From Azolla caroliniana (lineage: Eukaryota > Plantae > Polypodiophyta), in NCBI GenBank assembly GCA_043228905.1, contig JBHGNT010000009.1, positions 3,224,001-3,288,000 of the forward strand: a stretch of 64,000 nucleotides of DNA, read 5' to 3'. Both the position numbers and the translations under genes were made by a program. The notes beneath the pieces were generated by a model. That model was not told where the DNA came from and did no database searches. It worked only from the letters and a program-made list of their open reading frames with translations. This document shows, piece by piece, positions 63,201 through 64,000 of this stretch (the stretch's first letter is position 1; each line of letters begins with the position of its first letter).

Positions 63201-64000
63201 ATGACTTTAGCAAAGCATCTTGTGATGGTTGCTTGTGAGTAAAATTACCGCCTTCTCAAGGGTTCACATTGCCTCAGAAAATTAAGGAGAACAAGAAGTC
63301 TTGAAATAACTAAATAATTCGCAATAAACACTTTGATTTCCCCTTAATAGATCAACTCTCTATCAACCACTATAAATATCAACTTCACTTGTAATTTTGA
63401 TGTTGGACACATACATCAACGTGAATATAGTTCAACCTTTTGCAATGTAAGCTCATTCTAAGCCATTTTCTCCTAAGCTTTGCTATGTTCGAGACATATC
63501 TCCAAAATTGGTAGACTTTGTATTGGCCTCACCATCCAATTAAGCATGATCAAAATCATAAGGATGCAAACTTACTAAGATTTTTGAAACGTCACAGACA
63601 ATATGGTCATGAAATTATTTGTCAAGATCATGTGTGTACTACAGTAGTCTAGAGAACCTGACATATCGGAAGCTTCAAAAGTTGTCTTTATACTTGATGG
63701 TGTCGAACACCAAATCATGCATTGGTAAGGCATGCAAAGCCACACAGATGGGAGATTGGGCTCGTTTGCTTGACATATGAGAATGTCGAAAACCTTTGCA
63801 ATGTTACCACACCACACATAGTTAGGTGTTGCATAGCCTCAAGCTCATAATGTTAGAACACATAGTAGGGAAGCAAACCTACGAAACAATGGATTGGATT
63901 CTCCCCCTACCCTACCCCTCCCCCCCCCCCCCCCCCACACACACACAGACACGTACACATGGGAATGTCTAAAACCCCCTCACTCATATATCCATGGTGC

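Noticed and set aside
63200-63900. Possible decayed transposase text (similarly 7600-9100 and 52600-53800)
   Set aside because: No ordered diagnostic motifs recoverable by eye

Overview
AT-rich, TE-dense land-plant nuclear DNA. It is most likely from a non-seed plant such as a fern (inferred from the element and PPR types, not proven). Two intact host genes lie on the + strand about 43 kb apart. The first is a 2-exon BAHD acyltransferase (12757-15117, ~713 aa) with an unusually long Pro/His-rich N-terminus and a ~140-aa Gln/Glu-rich insert. The second is a PRONE-domain RopGEF with 7 coding exons (58755-61610, ~593 aa). Between them is a nested retroelement cluster: a truncated Copia, several L1/Tx1-like LINEs, an RTE/RTEX-like LINE, a solo LTR and one very young, intact Ty3/gypsy chromovirus (33469-39137; 431-bp LTRs with no difference found by eye, GCTAT TSD). 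That chromovirus is the most interesting object. It has no tRNA PBS but has a 12-nt PBS complementary to its own predicted transcript 5' end (Tf1-type self-priming). It also carries a G_UUA_AAC slippery site with a pseudoknot for -1 gag-pol frameshifting, and an antisense tRNA-like A/B-box module at the LTR tip. Also present are two Mutator-type MITEs, PPR relics, a Sola-like transposase relic, and many tandem, inverted and microsatellite repeats. All alignments were done by eye and no database searches were run.
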